Shown here piece after piece: positions 12,138-23,658 of a stretch of 64,000 nt of DNA. How positions within the stretch are numbered: the stretch's first letter is position 1; each line of letters begins with the position of its first letter. The notes beneath the pieces are model-generated. The model was not told the DNA's origin. It searched no databases and saw nothing but the letters and a program-made list of their open reading frames with translations. A program made the translations under genes and the position numbers. The DNA comes from Macrostomum lignano (lineage: Eukaryota), in assembly GCA_002269645.1 (NCBI GenBank), contig NIVC01000508.1, forward strand, positions 62,001 through 126,000, given 5' to 3'.

Positions 12138-13310
12138 AGTACGCTACCCCATACCGTAGCCGTCAGCGTCCACGTCTCGGGGTAGTAGAGCAGGACGGTT
12201 TCGACCACCGCCTGCTACAGCCGAGCCCTCTGGCGGTCGGGCAGCGCTTCGGACTGGACGAAGTCCTCTGCGCCGTCGGAGGTCCTCTTCCACATGAGGC
12301 ACCAGACAGCTGAGGTAGGTGAACCGCTGGCAGCGTGCGAGCCTGGTCGTCTGCCCGTCTGCGCCGCGGCACGTCAGGTCCGCTGGGATGTCGGCCGGCA
12401 CAGTCAGCACAGACCGAGTGTTGACAACCAGACCGACGCTCGATGCCTTCAACGGACGCCTTCAACGGACGAGGACAGGAGGGCGAGGTCGTCGGCGTAG
12501 CCAAGCACACTTAGGCGCTTTTCGCCGTGGCGGTGACCGATGCGTCTGCGCAGCAGGAAGCCGTCGTCAGCAGAGGGGAGTGCGGTCCGAAGCACCCAGT
12601 CCAGCAGCAGCTCGAAGAGGAACGGCGCCAGCGTGTCGCCCTGCAGAACTCCTGATGAAGTATCGAACAGGTCAGACAGGCCGTCCGCCGTCACCACAGC
12701 AGCTCGAGTATCGCAATACAGCGCCATGACAGCGTCGATTAGCTGCTGGGGCACCCGGTAGGCTCGAAGGACGAAGGGGAGCGCGGCTCTCAACACCGAG
12801 TCACACACCTTTCGAAAGTCAACGAAGACATTATCAGCGTAGACTGGCAGATGCGCGCTTCGTCGATGACACGGCGGAGTGCGAGGATCTGTGTCACTGT
12901 GCCGCGTTGCGGGACTTCGCGATCGGGACTTCGCCTTGCCGCCTGATGTTTTCCGAGCGAACAGCACAACGTCCTCCGTGGTGACTGGCCTGGTGCAGAA
13001 GTCCTCCTCAGCTGGGAGTGGCGTGTCCAGTGGGAGCGCAAAGCTGGCGGGCAGCGGCGACGCGGGCGCGTTCACGATGCCGGCGAAGAAGTCGCGCAAT
13101 TCGTTCCTGCGCTCCTCCGGGGTGTCACCAGCCAGATTCAGCGCCACGCGCTTTTTGCGCCCCGTCAGAGTCCGGACGGCCGTCCACACTGCGCGGCTCT
13201 TCACGTCGGGGCCGGCTGCAGTGATGGACCTAATGGCGTCGTCGACAGCGGCCTGCTGCCGCTCGTCTAGAAGGCGCTCAAACGCGTCTTCAGCGTCGCC
13301 CGTGTGTCCT
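12092..13310 (-). mobile_element. Degenerate RTE-clade LINE fragment (reverse transcriptase) with (GTT)n tail
   Basis: SSGVLQGDTLAPFLF, LGYADDLALLS, RFTYLS...EEDLRRRR and VETVLLYYPETWTLT motifs across several frameshifts; (CAA)15 at 12092-12136 is the 3' tail on the minus strand. Confidence 0.93.
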
Positions 13311-13349
13311 TAGCGCCCTTAAGGTGTCCTTAAGGTGTCCTTACTCCCC

Positions 13350-13830
13350 TGGTGCCACCTGTTGAAGGTGCCGACGGCGTCGGGGTGGTGACGGAAGGCT
13401 CGAGAGACTAGCTGAGAATGTCCGTCGGTTGAGGTTTGCCCATTATTGAAGCTTGATAAGAAAGACCTGACATAGTTGCAAAAGGACGTCCATAGTCACC
13501 TGATGCCACCTGTTGAAGGTGCCGACCGTGTCAGGATGATGACGGAATGCTCAGGAGACTAGCTGAGGGTGTCCGGCAGTTGAGGCTTGCCTACTGTCCG
13601 TGCTGATGAAATTTGGAGACTTGACAAGGCTGCACTGAGGCGCAGTGCTAATTGGCGCACAGGGGTGTACTGAATACACTAGCGCTTATGGGAAAAATCC
13701 GACCTTCTGGCAGAATCGTCGAATATCTCGACGGTCCGGAGGGCTGGCGACTTGATTCTTGTTTGAGAAGGTGTGCAACAAAAAGTTAGCCCGTGTTCTT
13801 GAATTTCGTGTGCCTGCGTTGCTCCGTTCC
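13350..13830. repeat. Interspersed repeat: two ~155-bp tandem copies plus the segment shared with 7860-8015
   Basis: GCCACCTGTTGAAGGTGCCGAC at 13352 and 13505, and AGACTAGCTGAG in both copies. Confidence 0.85.
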
Positions 13831-14247
13831 GGGAAATCCCCCCCCCTTCTTGGTAGTTCTACTGTTAAAGAAATGAACTAAGAAAACTATAGTCCTTCAC
13901 GAAAATATGCTCATCAGCATATTTATCAAAGAAGTCTTTTAAGCTTTACAGCTTTGAAAGCCTGAAATCGCACAGTTGGATCTTTGAGCACAAGTCATAT
14001 TGTACGAGTATCATAGACTGAATGCGGCAACTACACAGCAAGCGACGCTAAATGCACAGGTCACGAAGCGTGTTAAAATGCGGCGCCACATGCAGATTCT
14101 AATATACACAAGTATATATATAATATGGAATATATATATATACGGTAGTAGAATATAGTAAATAGAATCTGTATGCGGAACTATAAAGTAGGACTTGGAA
14201 GTGCATACAGAAATGCTACGATCCGAGCGTACATACATGCATGTACA

Positions 14248-14862
14248 CAGGGGCGTCGCCAACGGGGGGGACAGGGGGGACATGCCCCTCCCCCAGTAAA
14301 AGATCTGGGGGGACATGCCAATACTTTGTCCTCCCACCCGACCTTGTGACCCGTTATGGAAATCAATAATTATGCTGCAGTACGACTAAACAGAGTGCCG
14401 GCGGCGCTAAAATGAGTGCCTGCGGCGCTAAAATAAGTGCCGGCGGCGCTAAAATGAGTGCCCGAGGCGCTTAAATGAGTGCCCGAGGCGCTAAAATAAG
14501 TGCCCGAGGCGCTAAAATAAGTGCCCGAGGCGCTAAAATGAGTGCCCGGGGCGCTAAAATGAGTGCCCGAGGCGCTAAAATGAGTGCCTGCAGCGCTAAA
14601 ATGAGTGCCCGAGGCGCTAAAATGAGTGCCTGCGGCGCTAAAATGAGTGCCCGAGGCGCTAAAATGAGTGCCCGAGGCGCTAAAATGAGTGCCTGCAGCG
14701 CTAAAATAAGTGCCTGCGGCGCTAAAATGAGTGCCCGAGGCGCTAAAATGAGTGCTGACAACACCGATTCTAAAAATATTGTACATGTAAGAATTTAGTC
14801 ATGTACATGTATAATTATTGGCTTTGTCCCCCCCCCGCTTAAAATCCATGGCGACGCCCCTG
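14248..14862. mobile_element. hAT-type MITE: 14-bp TIR CAGGGGCGTCGCCA and perfect 8-bp TSD CATGTACA, carrying a 21-bp minisatellite
   Basis: CATGTACA(14240-14247)|CAGGGGCGTCGCCA ... TGGCGACGCCCCTG|CATGTACA(14863-14870). Confidence 0.93.
14395..14755. repeat. 21-bp minisatellite GGCGCTAAAATGAGTGCCCGA inside the hAT MITE
   Basis: Direct reading, ~17 copies. Confidence 0.95.
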
Positions 14863-14962
14863 CATGTACATGTATTAGCACGAGTGTCTAATTGGAGTGG
14901 CTGCAATCCACTAACTAGACGTGCTCTCTAGTTGTATTGTTTGTCTGTCCGTGCAGCAATGT

Positions 14963-15405
14963 AGGGATGACGCACTGCTTTCGAGTGCAGCAACGACCAT
15001 AGACACTCGTGCGAGATGACGCACTGCTTTCCAGTGCAGCAACGACCATAGACACTCGTGCGAGATGACGCACTGCTTTCGAGTGCAGCAACGACCATAG
15101 ACACTCGTGCGAGATGACGCACTGCTTTCGAGTGCAGCAACGACCATAGACACTCGTGCGAGATGACGCACTGCTTTCGAGTGCAGCAACGATCATAGAC
15201 ACTCGTGCGAGATGACGCACTGCTTTCGAGTGCAGCAACGACCATAGACACTCGTGCGAGATGACGCACTGCTTTCGAGTGCAGCAACGACCATAGACAC
15301 TCGTGCGAGATGACGCACTGCTTTCGAGTGCAGCAACGATCATAGACACTCGTGCGAGATGACGCACTGCTTTCGAGTGCAGCAACGACAGACACTCGTG
15401 CGCTC
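14963..15405. repeat. 49-bp near-perfect tandem repeat (~9 copies) with internal palindromes
   Basis: Unit GCAGCAACGACCATAGACACTCGTGCGAGATGACGCACTGCTTTCGAGT; no spacers. Confidence 0.95.
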
Positions 15406-15432
15406 CGCGCACTCGACATCATTGGCTAACGA

Positions 15433-15526
15433 TTTTGTTTTTACCATAGAAGCGTGCGGCAACTCACCGTTTTGCGTGCGGCAATGCCCCATTCCGTTGC
15501 AGCACGCTTCTATGGTAAAAACAAAA
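15433..15526. other. Long hairpin (25-bp perfect inverted repeat, ~32 bp allowing one mismatch)
   Basis: TTTTGTTTTTACCATAGAAGCGTGC (15433-15457) pairs with GCACGCTTCTATGGTAAAAACAAAA (15502-15526). Confidence 0.85.
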
Positions 15527-16135
15527 GCGAAATCGTTTGACAATGCCCATAAGCGTAGTTTATACCCGGACCCCCCGTTTATTCACTTTTATAACCCTTT
15601 AGCATTAAAAAAACACATTGGAAGATTTCTATTGGAGGAATAATGCCACGAAAACAATTACTAATGAAATCGAATATGTTTGCTACTAAAAACCTGTATA
15701 TCTCGATTTAAATGTATTAATTCATTCGAAATATTAAAAAATCTAATAAAAAAGACAACAACAAAACTGCATTGCTAACAGCTGTTTGACAAAAACTGAG
15801 CACTTTGCTTTTTCAAACTGCATGGTGTTAATTTGCAAAGATCATTTATATGATTAACAAACAAAGACGCTTGATGTACAAAGAGCTTGTAACATTTATG
15901 TATTGAGTCTGCAAATGAAGACAATAAAACGCTTTGAACTACCTAATTAGTTAATTAACTGTCACTGCCTGTTAACACTGCTTCGATGCCAATGCACATC
16001 GCTATTGTTTGCTACACGAACGATTGAAAAAGATGATTACTTTACGAGTATTTGATAATCTAAAGGAAGAGAGCATGCAGTTACAGGCTTGAGCTCTGTC
16101 GTTCGGGACATTGCGTAATTGAAGCAACCCTGAGC

Positions 16136-19100
16136 TCAAGCGGACAGCTGAGCCTTGACAGCCGCCAACAGCATCAAAGCTGGAGCGGCCAGCATGAATG
16201 GCTGACTGCCAGGCCGCTGGGCTCCGTTGCATCGGTTCCCGGTGCACACGCACTCAATGCTGGTCGTGATGGCGGACTCGCTCTTGTAGCAGCCCGACCA
16301 GCCCTGCTTGGATGCGCAGTACTTGTACTCGAGATCGCGCACCGTGTCTGGAAGAGCATGTTTTTTTAGAGATCTGGGCGGGAGAATCTGGGTGGGAAAA
16401 TCTTGGCGGGAGAATCTGGGCGGGAGAATCTGGACGGGAGAATCTGGGCGGGAGAATCTGGACGGGAGAGTCTTGACGGGAGAACCTTGTCGGGAGAACC
16501 TTGTCGGGAGAATCTGGACGGGAGAATCTGGGCGGGAGAATCTGGACGGGAGAATCTGGACGGGAGAATCTGGACGGGAGAATCTGGACGGGAGAGTCTT
16601 GACGGGAGAACCTTGTCGGGAGAACCTTGTCGGGAGAATCTGGACGGGAGAATCTGGGCGGGAGAATCTGGACGGGAGAATCTGGACGGGAGAATCTGGA
16701 CGGGAGAATCTGGACGGGAGAATCTGGACGGGAGAATCTGGACGGGAGAATCTGGACGGGAGAATCTGGACGGGAGAATCTGGACGGGAGAATCTGGACG
16801 GGAGAATCTGGACGGGAGAATCTGGACGGGAGAATCTGGACGGGAGAATCTGGACGGGAGAATCTTGTAGGGAGAATCTGGACGGGAGAATCTGGACGGG
16901 AGAATCTGGACGGGAGAATCTTGTAGGGAGAATCTGGACGGGAGAATCTTGGAGGGAGAATCTGGACGGGAGAATCTGGACGGGAGAATCTGGACGGGAG
17001 AATCTGGACAGGAGAATCTGGACGGGAGAATCTGGACGGGAGAATCTGGACAGGAGAATCTGGACGGGAGAATCTGGACGGGAGAATCTTGGAGGGAGAA
17101 TCTTGGAGGGAGAATCTGGACGGGAGAATCTGGACGGGAGAATCTTGGAGGGAGAATCTGGACGGGAGAATCTGGACGGGAGAATCTGGACGGGAGAATC
17201 TGGACAGGAGAATCTGGACGGGAGAATCTTGGAGGGAGAATCTTGGAGGGAGAATCTGGACGGGAGAATCTGGACGGGAGAATCTTGTCGGGAGAATCTT
17301 GGAGGGAGAATCTTGGAGGGAGAATCTGGACGGGAGAATCTTGGAGGGAGAATCTGGACGGGAGAATCTGGACGGGAGAATCTGGACGGGAGAATCTTGT
17401 CGGGAGAATCTTGTTGGGAGAATCTTGGAGGGAGAATCTGGACGGGAGAATCTTGGAGGGAGAATCTGGACGGGAGAATCTTGGAGGGAGAATCTTGTCG
17501 GGAGAATCTGGGCGGGAGAATCTGAACGGGAGAATCTGGACGGGAGAATCTGGACGGGAGAATCTGGACGGGAGAATCTGGACGGGAGAATCTGGACGGG
17601 AGAATCTTGACGGGAGAGTCTTGGCGGGAGAATCTTGGCGGTGCTAGAATCTGGACGGGAGAATCTGGACGGGAGAATCTGGACGGGAGAATCTGGACGG
17701 GAGAGTCTTGGCGGGAGAATCTTGGCGGTGCTAGAATCTGGACGGGAGAATCTTGTCTTAGAGGAATTTTCGGGATACCCCTTATACTCGTCATCGACAA
17801 TTTTTTATTCACTCACTGCGAAGTCCAACATAGTCGCCCTTGGTTGGCGGCTTCGGGTTCACCGAGACCAATTTGCCGCAGCCGTAAGTGCTGTCACAGA
17901 TTGTTAATAATAAATTATTTGTTCCGTTTCTTTATTAGGTGACAAACCTTTCATAGTTGTTCCTACTCACCAGTTCTTTAAAATGTACTCAACCTTCTCA
18001 GTGAAACTGGCTGTCGTGCCGGTTGGTGCGCACCTCGACAGCTTGTCCTCGGGACACACGTAGCATTCCACTTCGCCTGCGGCGAGCTGGCAGATGCTTG
18101 AGAACAGGCCTGTCAGGGCGAGGTGGGGCTTCAGATATGCATTGCTCTGTTTGGCATCTTCACTTCACAGCCAGAAAAAAAACGTAAGTCATATAAAGAT
18201 AAGATAATAGCCGTTTATCGACTGACATCATCAGGGGTATTGAGATTCGTGTCAAAAGGGGTATTGAGATTCGTGTCAAAAGGGGTATTGAGATTCGTGT
18301 CAAAAGGGGTATTAAGATTCGTGTCAAAAGGGGTATTAAGATTCGTGTCAAAAGGGGTATTGAGATTATGTCAGAAGGGGTATTGAGATTCGTGTCAGAA
18401 AAGGTATTGAGATTCGTGTCAAAAGGGTTATTGAGATTCGTGTCAGAAAAGGTATTAAGATTCGTGTCAAAAGGGGTATTGAGATTCGTGTCAGAAGGGG
18501 TATTGAGATTCGTGTCAAAAGGGTTATTGAGATTCGTGTCAGAAGGGATATTGAGATTCGTGTCAGAAATGGTATTGAGATTCGTGTCAAAAGGGGTATT
18601 GAGATTCGTGTCAGAAGGGGTATTGAGATTCGTGTCAGAAGGTATTGAGATTCGCGTCAGAAGGGGTATTGACATTCGTGTCAGAAGGGATATTAAGATT
18701 CGTGTCAGAAGGGGTATTGAGATTCGTGTCAGAAGGTATTGAGATTCGTGTCAGAAGGGATATTGAGATTCGTGTCAGAAATGGTATTGAGATTCGTGTC
18801 AAAAGGGGTATTGAGATTCGTGTCAGAAGGGGTATTGAGATTCGTGTCAGAAGGTATTGAGATTCGCGTCAGAAGGGGTATTGACATTCGTGTCAGAAGG
18901 GATATTAAGATTCGTGTCAGAAGGGGTATTGAGATTCGTGTCAGAAGGTATTGAGATTCGTGTCAGAAGGGGTATTGACATTCGTATCAGAAGGGCATTG
19001 AGATTCTTGTCAGAAGGGGTATGCAATTCGTGTCAAAAGGGGTATTGAGATTCGTATCAGAAGGGGTATTGAGATTCGTGTCAGAAAAGGTATTGAGATT

Positions 19101-21318
19101 CGTGTCAAAAGGGTTATTGAGATTCGTGTCAGAAGGGATATTGAGATTCGTGTCAGAAATGGTATTGAGATTCGTGTCAAAAGGGGTATTGAGATTCGTG
19201 TCAGAAGGGGTATTGAGATTCGTGTCAGAAGGTATTGAGATTCTTGTCAGAAGAGGTATTAACATTCGTGTCAGAAGGGGTATTGAGATTCTTGTCTGAA
19301 GGGGTATTAACATTCGTGTCAGAAGGGGTATTGAGATCCTTGTCAGAAGGGGTATTGACATTCGTGTCAGAAGGGGTATTGAGATTCTTGTCAAAAAGGG
19401 GTATTGAGATTCGTGTCAGAAGGGATTGAGATTCGTGTCAGAAATGGTATTGAGATTCGTGTCAGAGATGGTATTGAGATTCGTGTCAGAAGGAGTATTG
19501 AGATATTCTTGTCAGAAGGGGTATTGACATTCGTGTCAGAAGGGGTATTGAGATATTCTTGTCAGAAGGGGTATTGACATTCGTGTCAGAAGGGGTATTG
19601 AGATATTCTTGTCAGAAGGGGTATTGATATTCGTGTCAGAAGGGGTATTGAGATTCGTGTCAGAAGGTATTGAGATTCGTGTCGGAAGGGGTATTGAGAT
19701 ATTCTTGTCAGAAGGGGTATTGCGATTCGTGTCAGAAGGGGTATTGAGATTCGTGTCAGAAGGTATTGAGATTCGTGTCAGAAGGGATATTGAGATTCGT
19801 GTCAGAAATGGTATTGAGATTCGTGTCAGAAGGGATATTGAGATTCGTGTCAGAAATGGTATTGAGATTCGTGTCAAAAGGGGTATTGAGATTCGTGTCA
19901 GAAGGGGTATTGAGATTCGTGTCAGAAGGTATTGAGATTCGCGTCAGAAGGGGTATTGACATTCGTGTCAGAAGGGATATTAAGATTCGTGTCAGAAGGG
20001 GTATTGAGATTCGTGTCAGAAGGTATTGAGATTCGTGTCAGAAGGGGTATTGACATTCGTATCAGAAGGGCATTGAGATTCTTGTCAGAAGGGGTATGCA
20101 ATTCGTGTCAAAAGGGGTATTGAGATTCGTATCAGAAGGGGTATTGAGATTCGTGTCAGAAAAGGTATTGAGATTCGTGTCAAAAGGGTTATTGAGATTC
20201 GTGTCAGAAGGGATATTGAGATTCGTGTCAGAAATGGTATTGAGATTCTTGTCTGAAGGGGTATTAACATTCGTGTCAGAAGGGGTATTGAGATCCTTGT
20301 CAGAAGGGGTATTGACATTCGTGTCAGAAGGGGTATTGAGATTCTTGTCAAAAAGGGGTATTGAGATTCGTGTCAGAAGGGATTGAGATTCGTGTCAGAA
20401 ATGGTATTGAGATTCGTGTCAGAGATGGTATTGAGATTCGTGTCAGAAGGAGTATTGAGATATTCTTGTCAGAAGGGGTATTGACATTCGTGTCAGAAGG
20501 GGTATTGAGATATTCTTGTCAGAAGGGGTATTGACATTCGTGTCAGAAGGGGTATTGAGATATTCTTGTCAGAAGGGGTATTGATATTCGTGTCAGAAGG
20601 GGTATTGAGATTCGTGTCAGAAGGTATTGAGATTCGTGTCGGAAGGGGTATTGAGATATTCTTGTCAGAAGGGGTATTGCGATTCGTGTCAGAAGGGGTA
20701 TTGAGATTCGTGTCAGAAGGTATTGAGATTCGTGTCGGAAGGGGTATTGAGATATTCTTGTCAGAAGGGGTATTGCGATTCGTGTCAGAAGGGGTATTGA
20801 GATTCGTGTCAGAAGGTATTGAGATTCGTGTCGGAAGGGGTATTGAGATATTCTTGTCAGAAGGGGTATTGCGATTCGTGTCAGAAGGGGTATTGAGATT
20901 CGTGTCAGAAATGGTATTGAGATTCGTGTCAGAGATGGTATTGAGATTCGTGTCAGAAGGAGTATTGAGATATTCTTGTCAGAAGGGGTATTGACATTCG
21001 TGTCAGAAGGGGTATTGAGATATTCTTGTCAGAAGGGGTATTGACATTCGTGTCAGAAGGGGTATTGAGATTCGTGTCAGAAGGTATTGAGATTCGTGTC
21101 GGAAGGGGTATTGAGATATTCTTGTCAGAAGGGGTATTGCGATTCGTGTCAGAAGGGGTATTGAGATTCGTGTCAGAAGGGCATTGGGATTTTTGTGTCA
21201 GAAGGGGTATTGCAATTTATGTCAGGAGTGAATTTTAATGTGTCAGCAGAGTGGTACAGGAGAACTTACACAGAGTGCACAGTCCGTAAATGAAAGCAGC
21301 AGAGCTGGCAACTGACAT
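16136..21318 (-). CDS. GPI-anchored Ly6/uPAR (three-finger, Sleepless/Quiver-like) protein, 157 aa; complement(join(21270..21318,17971..18109,17817..17890,16136..16347))
   Basis: Signal peptide MSVASSAAFIYGLCTLCLFSSICQLAAG, then EVECYVC...RC...NCTYGC...KYC...SGC...ECVCTGNRCN (10 Cys, canonical LU ends), then NGA omega region and hydrophobic tail. Donors gtaagt, gtgagt, gtgagt; phases 1,2,1 are consistent; total 474 nt. Confidence 0.9.
16372..17756. repeat. 14-bp minisatellite TGGACGGGAGAATC filling Ly6 intron 3
   Basis: Direct reading; same family as 28500-30695. Confidence 0.97.
18232..21225. repeat. 24-bp minisatellite GTATTGAGATTCGTGTCAGAAGGG filling Ly6 intron 1, with a ~1075-bp higher-order duplication
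   Basis: Direct reading; variant ATGCAATTCG at 19021 and 20096. Confidence 0.97.
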
Positions 21319-21753
21319 CGTAGCGTTTATCTAAAAAGAGAAAGAAAAACACAATGATTAGCAACTGTTCAAGTCAAAATGTATATCGTGACAAAAATCG
21401 GGTCTTTATGAAGAAATGAACGCACATTAAGCTGTCTTTTTAGCGATTCTGTGTTACTTAAGAATTGTATTACCGACAGACAGTGAGTTGGATGGCTAAG
21501 ATTTAGAAGGGGTTTTCTAACTTTCTGATGGGGAGGCTGGCTCACGATCGTTCCACGGAGGGGGGTAAGAAAGAAGTCTCAGGCCTTTATAATGCGTTCG
21601 TTCGCTCGAACACATTTAGGATAAGAAAGAAGAAATTTCCCTGCGTAAGCGCTAACCAACACAGAGAAAATGGTCGACCGCCTTGCAACAAGGAGATCTT
21701 GAAGGAGATTTCTGGAGTGCTATGAACTTCTCCCGAACTTTCCTACTTTCAAT

Positions 21754-22339
21754 TGGCGCTAAAATCTAGTCTGACGGTGCTAAATTGGCGCTAAAATCTA
21801 GTCTGACAGCGATAGATTGGCGCTAAAATCTAGTCTGACAGCGATAGATTGGCGCTAAAATCTAGTCTGACAGCGATAGATTGGCGCTAAAATCTAGTCT
21901 GACAGCGATAGATTGGCGCTAAAATCTAGTTTGACAGCGATAGATTGGCGCTAAAATCTAGTCTGACAGCGATAGATTGGCGCTAAAATCTAGTCTGACA
22001 GCGATAGATTGGCGCTAAAATCTAGTCTGACAGCGATAGATTGGCGCTAAAATCTAGTCTGACAGCGATAGATTGGCGCTAAAATCTAGTCTGACAGCGA
22101 TAGATTGGCGCTAAAATCTAGTCTGACAGCGATAGATTGGCGCTAAAATCTAGTTTGACAGCGATAGATTGGCGCTAAAATCTAGTCTGACAGTGCTAAA
22201 TTGGCGCTAAAATCTAGTCTAACAGCGATAGATTGGCGCTAAAATCTAGTCTGACAGCGATAGATTGGCGCTAAAATCTAGTCTGACAGCGATAGATTGG
22301 CGCTAAAATCTAGTCTGACAGCGATAGATTGGCGCTAAA
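21754..22339. repeat. 32-bp minisatellite ATTGGCGCTAAAATCTAGTCTGACAGCGATAG
   Basis: ~18 copies; shares GGCGCTAAAAT with the 14395 array. Confidence 0.97.
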
Positions 22340-22854
22340 CAAATCTCCAGGAATGCTTTAGTTGTCAATCCAGATTTTTTGTCCCGACCCGAGATCGCCT
22401 TGACCGGCCCTTGCCCCTCCTTCCTCCCAGTCCCCTCTAGCCCAGCGGACTGGGGTGGAGGGTTGCGGTCAGGGTGGGCCTCTCGATCGATCGATTCGCC
22501 ACGGGAATGGTTCAGATTTTGTACGCACACCACGAGGGTTTGATGGACGCGCAGAGGCCTGCATGCAGAATACTATACCAAAGGCCTACCGCCACTCTTC
22601 TGCGAGGGTGAACACCTCGCCCCTCCCCCGCTGTGACCCGCCGGAACTCTCCCTCTCTCCATCTCTTCAGCAATGCCCAGTTCTTGCTGGAAGCTTACTG
22701 TGTGTATGGGGGAAGTTTCGCATATATTCTACAGACCTTCTCCTGACACTTTTCAGCAGCGGCAATGAGTTTTCTATCAGTTTTTGCCCTACAGTCAATG
22801 GCAAAGGAAAGACAAAGAAAAGGGGGGATTTAGGGATGGTATGGTTGGTTATTA

Positions 22855-23470
22855 AATTTGGTAAGGTATATAGGTAGCTAGGTAGATAAGTAGGTTGGAT
22901 AGATAGGGCAGGTAGGTAGGTAGGTAGGTAGGTAGGTTAGGTTGGTAGGTAGATAGGTAGGTGGGTAGGTAGGTAGGTAGGTAGGTAGGTTGGTAGGTAG
23001 GTAGGTAGGTGGGTAGGTGGGTGGGTAGGTGGGTAGGTTGGTAGGTAGGTAGGTAGATAAGTAGGTTGGGTAGATAGGGCACGTAGGTAGGTAGGTAGGT
23101 TGGTAGGTAGATAAGTAGGCGGGTAGGTAGGTAGGTTGGTAGGTAGGTAGGTAGGTGGGTGGGTGGGTAGGTAGGTAGGTAGGTAGGTAGATAAGTAGGT
23201 TGGGTAGATAGGGCAGGTAGGTAGGTAGGTTGGTAGGTAGGTAGGTAGGTAGGTAGATAGGTAGGTAGGTAGATAGGTGGTAGGTAAGTAGGTAGGTAGG
23301 TAGGTAGGTAGGTAGGTAGGTGGGTAGGTAAGTAAGTAGGTAGGTAGGTAGGTAGGTGGGTAGGTAAGTAAGTAGGTAGGTAGGTAGGTAGGTTAGTAGG
23401 TAGTTAGGTTAGGTGAGGTAGGCTGATGGGTAGGTTGTTAGGTTGGGAAGTAGATTAGGTAGACGGGTAG
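22855..23470. repeat. Degenerate (GGTA)n microsatellite
   Basis: Direct reading. Confidence 0.95.
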
Positions 23471-23556
23471 CTAGGCTTCCAACTTTAACAACTCCCTATC
23501 AAACCCGAATTCACAATCCTCAAACTTCGTATACTGTAGAACTTGGGCAGTATGAA

Positions 23557-23658
23557 CTTACTTACTTACTTACTACTGACGGGGGGCGCAGGCGCCGCGA
23601 ATAGGCCGCGAGGCCCCTATCGCAACCCCAAGGTAAAAGAGCACAAGGATTAGCCTTA
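23557..23658 (-). mobile_element. 102-bp 5'-truncated retroposon with (TAAG)n tail and 12-bp TSD
   Basis: GGGCAGTATGAA at 23545-23556 and 23659-23670 flanks a GC-rich insert ending in (CTTA)n on the plus strand. Confidence 0.8.

Noticed and set aside
14963-15405. CRISPR-like palindromic repeat array
   Set aside because: Units are directly adjacent with no unique spacers, there are no cas genes, and the context is eukaryotic.
16136-17812. 558-aa minus ORF as one protein
   Set aside because: Only 16136-16347 is real (last Ly6 exon); the rest is intronic satellite read-through.
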